From assembly GCA_965226885.1 (NCBI GenBank), contig CBDDEL010000017.1, positions 224,001 through 288,000 on the forward strand: DNA of 64,000 bases. The letters run 5' to 3'. The DNA is from Opitutales bacterium. GTDB taxonomy: Bacteria; Verrucomicrobiota; Verrucomicrobiia; Opitutales; UBA2987. Positions 42,126-51,525 of the stretch are shown here, in pieces; the stretch's first letter is position 1; each line of letters begins with the position of its first letter. The position numbers and the translations under genes are program-made. The notes beneath the pieces were generated by a model that did no database searches, was not told the origin of the DNA, and was given only the letters and a program-made list of their open reading frames with translations.

Positions 42126-42189
42126 TTGACAGGGGCAGGAATTGGATAATATATTCTAAAAAGTTACTTAATATGGATAATATATCCAT
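42126..42189 (+). promoter_or_regulatory. sigma70 promoter with overlapping repeated operator-like palindromes
   Basis: TTGACA (42126) N18 TATATT (42150). ATGGATA-ata-TATCCAT at 42173-42189, with a degenerate copy TGGATAATATATTCTA at 42143. Confidence 0.6.
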
Positions 42190-42221
42190 TCTGCATTCGA
42201 GAAATATTTCTTAACAAAGCG

Positions 42222-43124
42222 ATGAACAGGATTCCCGCCCCGGACACTCTGATGCCCCTACCTGAAACGGCATTGGAGGATAAGGCAATACCGCTGCAAG
42301 AATATTCCTTTCCGCTTCGTTTCAGCATCTTGCGCAACTCCCTCACCGAGGCTGAAAGAAAAGTGGGTGATTACTTCCTTAAAAACCCGAAGGCCGCCTA
42401 CCTATCCATAACAGAGGTAGCGCAGGACAGTTCCTTGGGCTATGGTAGCATCATCCGGTTTTGCCGCAAAATCGGGTGCACGGGGTTCCAGGATTTCAAG
42501 GTCCTGTTAGCTCAGGAATTGACTGCTTTCCAGCAAGCATCGAAAGGGAAAGATTCGGATTTGATCTTCGATTACGGGGAAAAAATTAAAACTGATTTAT
42601 TGAACACGATTCAGTTGCTGGACCGGAATGTCCTGCAAAAGATTGCCCGCTTGCTCAGCCAAACCCGATTCGTTCTCATTTCGGGAGTAGCCGGATCCGC
42701 TGCTTTGGGCCACGGCTTAAACTATCGCCTGAGCCGGGTGGGAATCTGTTCAACGGTGGATTGTGAAGGCTACACCATGGCGATCCGGGCAGCCGCCCTG
42801 GAACCGTGGGACATCTTCTTTGCTATTAGTTTTTCCGGTGCGACAAAAGATTTGCTCAGTTCTGTTGAAATCGCGAAAGAACGGGGCGCAAAAATCATTG
42901 CATTAACTAATTTTATCCAGTCGCCGCTGGTAGATTTAGCTGATTACAGCCTCTTTGGGGCCACCGACCGCGATCCCTTTTCCTGCGAGGTATTCTCCAA
43001 TGTGACGAGAGATTTTGTGCTCGATCTTCTTTTTGTTCAAATATGTGAAACCCATCCTCAAGCCCATGAAACAATACAGCGAACTTTCGAAGCGATTTCC
43101 GGGCGGCGCGGCGCATTTGAATAA
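42222..43124 (+). CDS. RpiR/MurR-family transcriptional regulator (HTH + SIS)
   Basis: LTEAERKVGDY, SIIRFCRKIGCTGFQDFK and ISFSGAT motifs. Confidence 0.93.
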   Translation: MNRIPAPDTLMPLPETALEDKAIPLQEYSFPLRFSILRNSLTEAERKVGDYFLKNPKAAYLSITEVAQDSSLGYGSIIRFCRKIGCTGFQDFKVLLAQELTAFQQASKGKDSDLIFDYGEKIKTDLLNTIQLLDRNVLQKIARLLSQTRFVLISGVAGSAALGHGLNYRLSRVGICSTVDCEGYTMAIRAAALEPWDIFFAISFSGATKDLLSSVEIAKERGAKIIALTNFIQSPLVDLADYSLFGATDRDPFSCEVFSNVTRDFVLDLLFVQICETHPQAHETIQRTFEAISGRRGAFE

Positions 43125-43138
43125 TTGTTTACAAAAAC

Positions 43139-44401
43139 ATGGCGAAAAGTATATCCAATCACCCAAAACCCGGTTTCCGGGCGGCCCAATGGAGAGTTCT
43201 CCTGGCCACCATGTTTTGTTACCTCTTCTATTATACGGGCCGCCAGACTTTGGGGTTCGCCATCCCGGGCATCGAGGCCGAACTCGGATTGAGTAAAAAA
43301 GAGATCGGCTGGATGATAACGGGGCTATTGTGGGCTTATGCCATGGGGCAGGCAGTCAACGGTAATCTGGGAGACAAATTTGGGGGCCGCCGGATGATGA
43401 GTCTCGGTGCCGTGCTCTCCTGTGGTTTTAATTGGATGGTCAGCTTTGGAACAAGTTTTACCGGTCTGTTAATGCCCTGGGTCGCCAATGGTTTTTCCCA
43501 ATCCATGGGATGGGCGCCGGGCAGCAGGGTTTTATCAAACTGGTGGGGCCACCATGAACGAGGGAAAGCCTTCGGGTTTTATGTTTTTGCCGCCGGCATG
43601 TCCTCGGTCCTGGCTTTTGTATCCTCCCTCATTATCCTTGATGTTTTATCCCTCAACTGGAGATGGATTTTTCGCCTTCCCGTTCTCCTCCTTCTGGTGG
43701 GGGGGCTGGCTTACTATTTAATCGTCCGCGACCGCCCGGAAGATCTTGGGTTCCAGTTGGATGAGGACGATGCAAACCATGGGCAAGGCGAGGAGAAAGT
43801 GGCCGTCGGCGAGACTTCCCTCCAACGCTACATGGCCGTGTTGAGCAATTGGCGATTTATGATAGCCAGCATTGGAATCGGGTTTCAGAGCTCCGCCCGG
43901 TATGGATTGATCTATTGGGTGCCGGTACATTTTTTAGGGGCCGATTGGAAAAATTCCGACGCCAAGTGGATCAGTATAGCCTTGCCCGTGGGAATGGCCC
44001 TCGGTGCCCTTACCGGGGGATGGGTATCCGATCGGGTATTTAATTCTGTGCGCTGGAAACTCTACTCTACATTCCTGATCCTGGCCGCGGTAGCTTCCTT
44101 TGCCATGTTCTTCATTCCACGTGACCATTGGGCAGGTATCCTGTTCCTGTTTTTCTGTGGGTTTTTTGCCTACGGATCGCAAGCCGGATTCTGGCCCCTG
44201 GCACCGGATTTACTGGGCTCAAAACGGGCCGGAACAGGCGTGGGAGTAATGAATTTTTTTGCCTACCTATTTGCCGGCCTGGTCAACCCCCTGATCGGGT
44301 GGGTGATCATCTCGAATAATGAAAATACCGCCCTCGTTTTTCCCATAGTGGGCGTAGCTTGTGTGGCCGGCGCAATAACCGGATTATTTGTCAGACGTTA
44401 A
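43139..44401 (+). CDS. MFS transporter, organophosphate:Pi antiporter (GlpT/UhpC)-like
   Basis: CYLFYYTGR, QSMGW, WW...ERG, RDRPEDLG and GWVSDR motifs. Confidence 0.85.
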   Translation: MAKSISNHPKPGFRAAQWRVLLATMFCYLFYYTGRQTLGFAIPGIEAELGLSKKEIGWMITGLLWAYAMGQAVNGNLGDKFGGRRMMSLGAVLSCGFNWMVSFGTSFTGLLMPWVANGFSQSMGWAPGSRVLSNWWGHHERGKAFGFYVFAAGMSSVLAFVSSLIILDVLSLNWRWIFRLPVLLLLVGGLAYYLIVRDRPEDLGFQLDEDDANHGQGEEKVAVGETSLQRYMAVLSNWRFMIASIGIGFQSSARYGLIYWVPVHFLGADWKNSDAKWISIALPVGMALGALTGGWVSDRVFNSVRWKLYSTFLILAAVASFAMFFIPRDHWAGILFLFFCGFFAYGSQAGFWPLAPDLLGSKRAGTGVGVMNFFAYLFAGLVNPLIGWVIISNNENTALVFPIVGVACVAGAITGLFVRR

Positions 44402-44433
44402 GAGAATTGGAGAAGGGAGAGAGTGCAAATGCT

Positions 44434-45360
44434 ATGAACGAAATAAAACAGAATAATAAAAAGAAAAATCGGGAGCCGATTCTAAAACGGAAGACCGCGA
44501 TTTCCTACAAAACGGAGGAAAAAACGGTCTTGCGCGGTTATAATTTAAGCGACCTGGCGGAAGAAGGTTATTCCTTTTGCGACGCCATGTATGTTTTATT
44601 CCAAGGCAGGATTCCAACCGAACCGGAGGAAAAAATGCTCAAATACGAGATGGGTGAATTCATGGAACACTCCATGTCGCCCTCGGCGGCTTCGGCCATA
44701 GCCGTTACCGCTGGCCGGCCCAACCTGCCTGCTGCCGTAGCTGCCGCCGTTATGACATTCGGCAGCGCCCACGGTCCCGGGGCGGCCCATGGATACATGA
44801 TGAACATCTACCTGGAGCGTGCCCGCAAAGAGGGAAAGTCCCTTGATGAAATGGCCAAAATTCTGGTCGATGAATACATGGATAACAATGTGCCCGTAAT
44901 GGGCATGGGCCAGCCGCAGCATCGCGACGGAGATCCTCGGGCCGAACCCACCCACCTCAAACAGGAAGAATTGGAGATCGACGGCCTCTACCTCGAATTT
45001 CAGCGGGCGATTGAAAAACACTTTCACGCCAGGAGAAAAAAAGAAAATCGCTCCTATGTGCCGGTCAACTGTGTGGGAGCGGGCAATACGGCCCTCTGCG
45101 ACATCGGGTTTGCCCCCAACGCGGCTTGGTGCATCGGCAGCGTGGTGCGTGGCTATAGTTGCGCCGCCCACGCCGTTTACACCTTGAAAAAAGGCCGGGC
45201 CTGGGCGGCCTCCAGAAATGAGCCCATGGTGCAGATGCTGGACCTTTCCATGATTAATTATATTGGCCCGGCAGATCGTCCGGTACCGACTCAGGAAGAA
45301 CGGCAAGAATATGCCAAAAAACAAAAAGAAGACGGAGAGTATAAAAAATGGGTAATTTAA
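44434..45360 (+). CDS. citrate synthase/citryl-CoA lyase-fold protein A with atypical active site
   Basis: TAIS..LRGY.L.DL, EHS..PS, HGPG, GMGQPQH..DPR, NCVG and R..AAH align to the CS/CCL scaffold. Confidence 0.8.
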   Translation: MNEIKQNNKKKNREPILKRKTAISYKTEEKTVLRGYNLSDLAEEGYSFCDAMYVLFQGRIPTEPEEKMLKYEMGEFMEHSMSPSAASAIAVTAGRPNLPAAVAAAVMTFGSAHGPGAAHGYMMNIYLERARKEGKSLDEMAKILVDEYMDNNVPVMGMGQPQHRDGDPRAEPTHLKQEELEIDGLYLEFQRAIEKHFHARRKKENRSYVPVNCVGAGNTALCDIGFAPNAAWCIGSVVRGYSCAAHAVYTLKKGRAWAASRNEPMVQMLDLSMINYIGPADRPVPTQEERQEYAKKQKEDGEYKKWVI

Positions 45361-46382
45361 ATGAGAAAAAAATCGGCAATCTCTCGGACCCGAAATTGCC
45401 CTATCCTTACATTGGCCGGGAATACGGCACGATTCCGCTGGACGCCTCCCGCCGACCCTTTCAATGGGTATCGGAAGTAGCCTATAAAAACATTCATCGC
45501 ATCGTTACAAGAGGATATGACACGACCGAACTGGTCGAGGAAGGCTATGGCGTAGTGGACATCCTCTTTGTCGATTTCCAGGCCAGGATTCCCACTCTTG
45601 AGGAAGAAAAAATGTTAAACTACATTATGATTCTTTCCCTCGAAGATGGTCTTTCCATGCCCGCCATCATGTCACGTCTGGTGGCCAAATCGAAAACCTT
45701 CCTGACTCAGGCTTGCGGCAGTGCCATCCTCGCTTTCGGTCATGCCTATGGGGCTTATTCGGCTTTCGGCGACATGCTCGGCGAATACCTGGCAAGGGCT
45801 CGAAAAGAGGATTTGTCCCTATCGCAGATGGCAGAAATTCTTGTGCGGGAACGACTGCCGGGTGAAATACTTGGAGTCTCCGACCTGATGCTGGAAGATC
45901 CCGCTGCCCAACGATTGCTGGCCAGAGCGGAAAAACTGGGAGTGGCCGGAGAGTCTATCGCCTTTCTCGGTGAAATCGCCAAATCCGCCCGGGAACAAGG
46001 AGAATCGCCCGTCGATGTGGACCTACTCGGGGCCATAGGTGCCACCATGATGGACCTTGGTTTTACTCCCGAAGCCACCTGGACGATTATCGCGGTGACA
46101 CGATCTTTTGGAGCTGGGGCTCATTTCATCGAGGAAATCGAGCGTGAGGACTTTAACCGTTTAGGTGAAACACTCACTCCCAAGGAGTTTTACGATGGTC
46201 CCGAGGACCGTCCCGTGCCGCCGCTGGCAGATCGCCACAAAACGGCCCAACCTGCCCAGACTCACACACTGGAGGACTGGAGGGAATCATTTGAGAAAAG
46301 AAAACAGCTTCCCGGAAGTGGATTCTCCATTGTGGAAGAAATTGAAGATCCGACCAAAAAAGGAGTTAAAGAGAAACGATGA
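45348..46382 (+). CDS. citrate synthase/citryl-CoA lyase-fold protein B, degenerate motifs
   Basis: W.SEV..IVTRGY..EL, RIPT.EEEKML, LGFTPE and RSFGAGAHFIEE scaffold; overlaps gene A. Confidence 0.75.
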   Translation: MGNLNEKKIGNLSDPKLPYPYIGREYGTIPLDASRRPFQWVSEVAYKNIHRIVTRGYDTTELVEEGYGVVDILFVDFQARIPTLEEEKMLNYIMILSLEDGLSMPAIMSRLVAKSKTFLTQACGSAILAFGHAYGAYSAFGDMLGEYLARARKEDLSLSQMAEILVRERLPGEILGVSDLMLEDPAAQRLLARAEKLGVAGESIAFLGEIAKSAREQGESPVDVDLLGAIGATMMDLGFTPEATWTIIAVTRSFGAGAHFIEEIEREDFNRLGETLTPKEFYDGPEDRPVPPLADRHKTAQPAQTHTLEDWRESFEKRKQLPGSGFSIVEEIEDPTKKGVKEKR

Positions 46383-47770
46383 GAGGCAATATTGATGAAA
46401 TGTATGCCAGAGCCCGCCAAGCTTTTCGGGAGGTCGAATACTGGCCTCAGGAAAAAGTCGATGAAATGGTGGCGGCGGCCGGTTGGGAATGGCAAAAGGA
46501 AGAAAACCGAAAAACATTGGCCAAACTCGCGGTGGAGGAATCCCGCGGTATCGGTATTTACGAGGACAAAGTAGCCAAGATTCGCACTAAAGTGTGCGGG
46601 ACCCTGCGAGACCAGCTGGGCGCAAAAACTTGCGGTTTGGTTAATGAGGATAAAACCAAAGGCCTGAAAACTTTCGCCAAACCTATGGGCGTGGTCGCCG
46701 TTGTCGTCCCTTGCACCAACCCGGAATCGACCGTTTGCTGTCTCGGCCTGAGCCTCTTGAAAACACGCAATGCCATGATCGTTTCCCCGCATCCCCGGAC
46801 GCCGCAAAGTACCTGGCAAACAGTGGAATACGGGAGAGCAGCGCTACGTAAAGTGGGCGCTCCAGAGGATCTGTTGCAATGCATTGAGCTACCCAGCCAC
46901 GAAATGACCCATGAATTGATGGCGCGATGCGATTTTGCGGTGGCCACGGGGGGAGCGGCTCTGGTCAGGGTCGTTTACGAGGCTGGCAGACCTTGCCACA
47001 CTGTTGGGGCCGGGAACGTCGTTTCGATTATTGATAAAACGGTCGATCTCAAAGATACGGCAGCCAAAATCGTTAAATCCAAAGCAGCCAATAATTCAGC
47101 CTCCTGTTCCTCTGAAAACGCCGTTGCCATTGAAGAGGTCGTTTACGATGAAATGATGGAGGCACTGCAAAAAGAAGGCTGTTATCTATGCACAGACGAA
47201 GAACGTGAAAGGCTGAGAAAGTATTACTGGCCCGACGGCCAAAATCTTAACCGGGAGGTGGTGGCCAAGCCGGCTTCCGTTATTGCCGAAAAAGTGGGTA
47301 TCGAAATCCCCCACGGCACACGGGTTATCATGGTCATAGGCATTAAACCAGGCCCCGAAGACCGTTTCTCCGGCGAAAAGATTTCCCCCCTTTTAACGGT
47401 ATGGAAATGGCAGGATTTTAAAGAAATAATAGAGCGGGTAAAAGAAATCCTCCGGTTTTCCGGAGAGGGACATTCCGTTTCGCTGCACAGCAAACTGGAA
47501 GAGCGTCAAGACGAACTGGCTACGCAAGTCAATGTCGGCCGGGTCATTTGCAACATGGGTCACACGGCCGGCAACAGCGGTGGATGGGCCAGCGGAATTG
47601 CCACCACAGATAGTCTTGGATGCGGTTCCTGGGCCGGTAACATGACCTCCGACAATATCGACTGGAGGCATTTCCTCAACTACACTTGGGTATCAATCCC
47701 CATTCCCGAACGCATCCCGACAGATGAGGAGTTGTTCGGCCAATATCTGAAAAAATGGGAATCCGATTAG
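46379..47770 (+). CDS. CoA-acylating aldehyde dehydrogenase, SauS-like
   Basis: PCTNP, SPHP, ATGG, VGAGN, SCSSEN (catalytic Cys) and LGCGSWAGN..SDN motifs. Confidence 0.85.
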   Translation: MRGNIDEMYARARQAFREVEYWPQEKVDEMVAAAGWEWQKEENRKTLAKLAVEESRGIGIYEDKVAKIRTKVCGTLRDQLGAKTCGLVNEDKTKGLKTFAKPMGVVAVVVPCTNPESTVCCLGLSLLKTRNAMIVSPHPRTPQSTWQTVEYGRAALRKVGAPEDLLQCIELPSHEMTHELMARCDFAVATGGAALVRVVYEAGRPCHTVGAGNVVSIIDKTVDLKDTAAKIVKSKAANNSASCSSENAVAIEEVVYDEMMEALQKEGCYLCTDEERERLRKYYWPDGQNLNREVVAKPASVIAEKVGIEIPHGTRVIMVIGIKPGPEDRFSGEKISPLLTVWKWQDFKEIIERVKEILRFSGEGHSVSLHSKLEERQDELATQVNVGRVICNMGHTAGNSGGWASGIATTDSLGCGSWAGNMTSDNIDWRHFLNYTWVSIPIPERIPTDEELFGQYLKKWESD

Positions 47771-47776
47771 AAGCGG

Positions 47777-50047
47777 TTAATCGTAAAAGATAACGGTGGA
47801 ATCGGAATAGCGAAAGAAAGCTCGTCTTTCGGCCGGTTTGTCAAAAAAGAACATCCAACCCTGATCGTCAAAAAAGTAGAGAATTGGATATAATGAGCGA
47901 TTGGTGTAAATCCAGATTCCAATGACCGGATCGTATAAAAAAATATTTTCGCGGTCGGATAGCGGCGAGATGTAAGTGAACTTATGTTGCGGGTGATAAA
48001 TCCAGGGTTGGAAGCTGGTGTTGTAATCGCCGAACCAGGGGGACTGGAACCAATCCTCCAGCTCTAAAATGGGATTGCAGGCGCCTCCCAGCGGGATGAT
48101 ATCTTCGCGAAGGACCGCCTCACCTCCAATGATCGTCACTTTGTCGAATCCAAGAATTTCGTTGCCCGCGCCAGAGGTTGCTTTCAGGACGATTCGCAGT
48201 TGCAGCGTATTTCCGGTAGCGTTGACCAGGAATGACAATTTGCTAAACATATTGCCAATAGGGGTTTCCTCAGGAGAAATCAAGGGGCCATTTTCGACGC
48301 TGGATTGAAGACGCCCGATCTCCTCAAAGGGTCCATTGTCGATGCTCGCCTGGATTGCCATTTTGTCTCCGTTTGACATCGAGTTGTCGAAGCCGCCGGG
48401 ATCGGAAGCGGCCACCAGGAGGGTTACCTCAATGCCGGTAAGACCCGTGATCGGGAGCGGGTCAAAAACCACTGCGCCCATGCCTGAAAAGCCAAGCAAA
48501 GCATCTCCATCATCAAATCCGGTATAGCCCCCCTGTCCGTCGATATTTTCGGCCGAAAAATACCAGTCCCCGTCAGGGCTGGCAAAATTGCCATCCGCCG
48601 AAGAGCGATGAAAATAGGCATTGAAGCGCGTGATTGCCGCACCCATAATGTTGTAGCGAGTTCCATCGCCATCAGTCTCGAAAGATTCTTCGAGAAGCAC
48701 AACCGGCAACCCTGAAACACTGATTTGCCGGGAACTAGACGTGGTAGGCGCAAATACCTCATTACCCGTTTGTTCGGCCAGCAGATTAGTCGAACCCGTG
48801 CCGACAATCGTCAGCGTTGAGCCCGATACGGTGGCCACATCGGGATTTGAACTACTGTAGGTAATGGGCAATCCGGTTAGATTTCCCCTCATTTTGAGAT
48901 CCGCAATAAAGGCATGGTGGTCGGAAATATAGGATGTCGCCTGCTGCTCGGGATATCGATTCGCACCCGCCGCAATGCTGGGATGCGGTGATGGCATGGT
49001 CGTCGATGGGTCATCCTGGGCATGATATACCTCCACTCCGGTGGCGATAAACTCACTGTTTTCATGGACGACCCAGTCGATCCTTTTAGAGGACTCCCCG
49101 AAGACGTTTTGGCGGGTATGCAGTGAATCTGGTCCAGGCCCGAAACCGAGCCTGGGAACCACCCCGGAACTGACTGCCGAATCCATCAACCCGATATCCC
49201 AGAGCGGTTGGAGTTGCAGGGTGCCATCCGGCATCTTGTGCTGCGGTTCAACATTGAGATCGCCAATCAGGATAACCGGATTGTTGGCAGCGGCGAGGGC
49301 CGGAGCGGCATTGAGTTCACTGTATTGAATAGACCCATCGGCTGGTTCAGGAAGATCGACATCGAAATGGGCGGTAAAAACATCTATGGTTCGAGAACTG
49401 TTGGTCAAAGTCGTTTTAATCATCGACTTGATATCGCTGCCAAGACTTGTGGAATGGATGGAGGGATCGCCCACCAGAGTCCACGGAGAGCGGTAAAAGG
49501 TGGCCACCCCCCACCAGTCTCCCCCGGAGGAACCCGTTAAACCAATATTATGGGTCCAGAATTGATAGTCCCAGACATCCTCGCTCTCAAGATTGTTGAG
49601 TGTGGTTTTTATGATTTCCGACTGCTCTGAATCCCTTCTGCCAACGCGCCCGTCATTGACGGTTTTTTGCCCGCCGATCACCTCCTGAAGACCAAATATA
49701 TCCAGGTTTTGTTGAAAAATACGTTCCGCGATTTCAGGTATAATAAGCGGCCATAATTCCGGCTCAGTGTATTGGGTGGAAATGCCTCCCGAAGTGGTGG
49801 CGGCATACCCGCCGATACCGGTATGGATGTTGAAACTCATGACCCTGATGGCGTCCCCTTCGAAATCAAAACTTTCTGCTTCGAGTTCAATATCCTCGTC
49901 ATCGATGCAAAACCGCAAGGGCGGCTCAAAAATCACGGTTTGGGGTTTTTGTGAAAGGGCCAATGGGGCGGTAATTATTAAGAAAAGAAACGCCACACCA
50001 TAGGTATAAGCATTAGCATTTATACATTTATTTAAGAATAGAGTCAT
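47777..50047 (-). CDS. secreted endonuclease/exonuclease/phosphatase (EEP) domain protein with Ig-like and aromatic C-terminal domains
   Basis: VMSFNI, GLQEV, GDLN, RIDWV and SDH motifs; C-terminal WFQSPWFG..PWIYH. Confidence 0.85.
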   Translation of the reverse strand: MTLFLNKCINANAYTYGVAFLFLIITAPLALSQKPQTVIFEPPLRFCIDDEDIELEAESFDFEGDAIRVMSFNIHTGIGGYAATTSGGISTQYTEPELWPLIIPEIAERIFQQNLDIFGLQEVIGGQKTVNDGRVGRRDSEQSEIIKTTLNNLESEDVWDYQFWTHNIGLTGSSGGDWWGVATFYRSPWTLVGDPSIHSTSLGSDIKSMIKTTLTNSSRTIDVFTAHFDVDLPEPADGSIQYSELNAAPALAAANNPVILIGDLNVEPQHKMPDGTLQLQPLWDIGLMDSAVSSGVVPRLGFGPGPDSLHTRQNVFGESSKRIDWVVHENSEFIATGVEVYHAQDDPSTTMPSPHPSIAAGANRYPEQQATSYISDHHAFIADLKMRGNLTGLPITYSSSNPDVATVSGSTLTIVGTGSTNLLAEQTGNEVFAPTTSSSRQISVSGLPVVLLEESFETDGDGTRYNIMGAAITRFNAYFHRSSADGNFASPDGDWYFSAENIDGQGGYTGFDDGDALLGFSGMGAVVFDPLPITGLTGIEVTLLVAASDPGGFDNSMSNGDKMAIQASIDNGPFEEIGRLQSSVENGPLISPEETPIGNMFSKLSFLVNATGNTLQLRIVLKATSGAGNEILGFDKVTIIGGEAVLREDIIPLGGACNPILELEDWFQSPWFGDYNTSFQPWIYHPQHKFTYISPLSDRENIFLYDPVIGIWIYTNRSLYPILYFFDDQGWMFFFDKPAERRAFFRYSDSTVIFYD

Positions 50048-50345
50048 GACAAATTGAATCAGTTTGATCAAGGAAGGTATTTTCGGATGACAGAGTACCA
50101 TACCTTATACCCCATCCCATTTAAGTGCAAACCCTCCGCAGTAAGATCCTTACGTAGCGAACCACTATCATCTTTAAAATGTGGAACCAAATCGACCCAG
50201 TTAACACCTGAAGTATCAGCAAGAGCCGCCAGTTCTGTATTTAATTGATCAATGGTGCCATTATTTCGAGAACCCCAGGTTGAAATGGACGGGGAAAACT
50301 GGACAGTGGAATAAGGTGGTCTTGAACCACTAAATCCGCTAACCT

Positions 50346-50651
50346 ATGAATGTTATTAAATCACGAAAGAGAAGACAATACAGTGCTGAGTTTAAAGCCC
50401 GAGTGGCCCTGGAAGCCATCAGGGGCGCTCATACCATCAACGAGATCGCCGGTCGTTTTGAGGTGCATCCCAACCAGGTGACCCAATGGAAGAAGCAGCT
50501 TTTGCAGGGAGCAACGGAGCTGTTTTCGCGCCAGCGGCAGACTCTCAGCAAGGACAACGAGACGGAAAAAGATCACCTTTACCAGGAGATTGGAAAGCTG
50601 AAAGTAGAATGCGATTGGCTAAAAAAAAAGTCTGAACAATTCGGTTGGTGA
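50346..50651 (+). CDS. IS3 transposase OrfA
   Basis: RRQYSAEFKARVALEA and WLKKKS slippery A-run. Confidence 0.9.
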   Translation: MNVIKSRKRRQYSAEFKARVALEAIRGAHTINEIAGRFEVHPNQVTQWKKQLLQGATELFSRQRQTLSKDNETEKDHLYQEIGKLKVECDWLKKKSEQFGW

Positions 50652-50661
50652 GAGGCGCAAG

Positions 50662-51525
50662 ATGGTGCAACCACTTCAAGGAAAAATCAGTATCGGCAGG
50701 CAATGTCAGTTGCTGGGGCTGGCCCGCGGCAGCTATTACTATCGGGCCCGTGCCCAGTGCGAGCAGAACGTTCTCTACATGCATCGCATGGATGAGCTCT
50801 ACACCCAATATCCGTTTTTTGGTTCTCGCCGGATGACCCAGTGGCTGCGTCGAGAGGGCCATGCAGTGGGACGAGGCCGCATCCAGCGGCTCATGCGCCA
50901 AATGGGCCTGGAGGCTATTTATCCGCGTCGAAACTTGAGCCAGGGGCACCGGCAGCACCGCATTTTCCCTTATCTGCTGCGGGGTTTGGCGGTCGAGCGG
51001 CCCGACCAGGTATGGTGCAGCGACATCACTTACCTGCGGCTGAGCCGAGGATTCCTTTTCTTGACCGTGGTGTTGGACTGGTTCAGCCGCTACGTGTTGA
51101 GCTGGCAGCTTTCCAACACCCTGGAGAGCCGCTTCTGTGTGCTCGCCCTGGAGGAAGCTCTGAGGCGGGCCCAACCTCAAATCTTCAACACCGATCAAGG
51201 CAGCCAGTTTACCGGCAGCGAGTTCACCTCGGTGCTGGGGCAAGCCGGGGTGCGCATCAGCATGGACGGGCGTGGCCGCTACCTGGACAACATATTTGTT
51301 GAACGCTTTTGGAGAACCCTCAAGTATGAAGACATTTACCTGCGCGAATACGCCACGGCAAAGGAAGCCAGCGAAGGGATAGCCCGCTACCTGGACTTCT
51401 ACAACCACCTGCGCCCCCACCAAGCCCTGGGCTACCGGACCCCGGCCGAAGTCCATGCAATCGGAGCAAAACCAACCTCCCCGCCAATACAGCTTGCGGG
51501 CACCTGCGTGCCCGTCTTTGGCTAA
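50662..51525 (+). CDS. IS3 transposase OrfB
   Basis: WCSDITY, NTDQGSQFT and DNIFVERFWRTLKYE motifs. Confidence 0.93.
   Translation: MVQPLQGKISIGRQCQLLGLARGSYYYRARAQCEQNVLYMHRMDELYTQYPFFGSRRMTQWLRREGHAVGRGRIQRLMRQMGLEAIYPRRNLSQGHRQHRIFPYLLRGLAVERPDQVWCSDITYLRLSRGFLFLTVVLDWFSRYVLSWQLSNTLESRFCVLALEEALRRAQPQIFNTDQGSQFTGSEFTSVLGQAGVRISMDGRGRYLDNIFVERFWRTLKYEDIYLREYATAKEASEGIARYLDFYNHLRPHQALGYRTPAEVHAIGAKPTSPPIQLAGTCVPVFG

Noticed and set aside
44434..46382. Two CS-like ORFs as one frameshifted citrate synthase
   Set aside because: Each ORF spans its own full scaffold from the RGY motif to the terminal AH motif, so they are paralogs rather than halves.
46379..47770. Calling the locus the known sauSTU sulfoacetate pathway
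   Set aside because: There is no SauT-type CoA ligase or sulfoacetaldehyde acetyltransferase in the operon, and the CS-fold pair is not part of that pathway.
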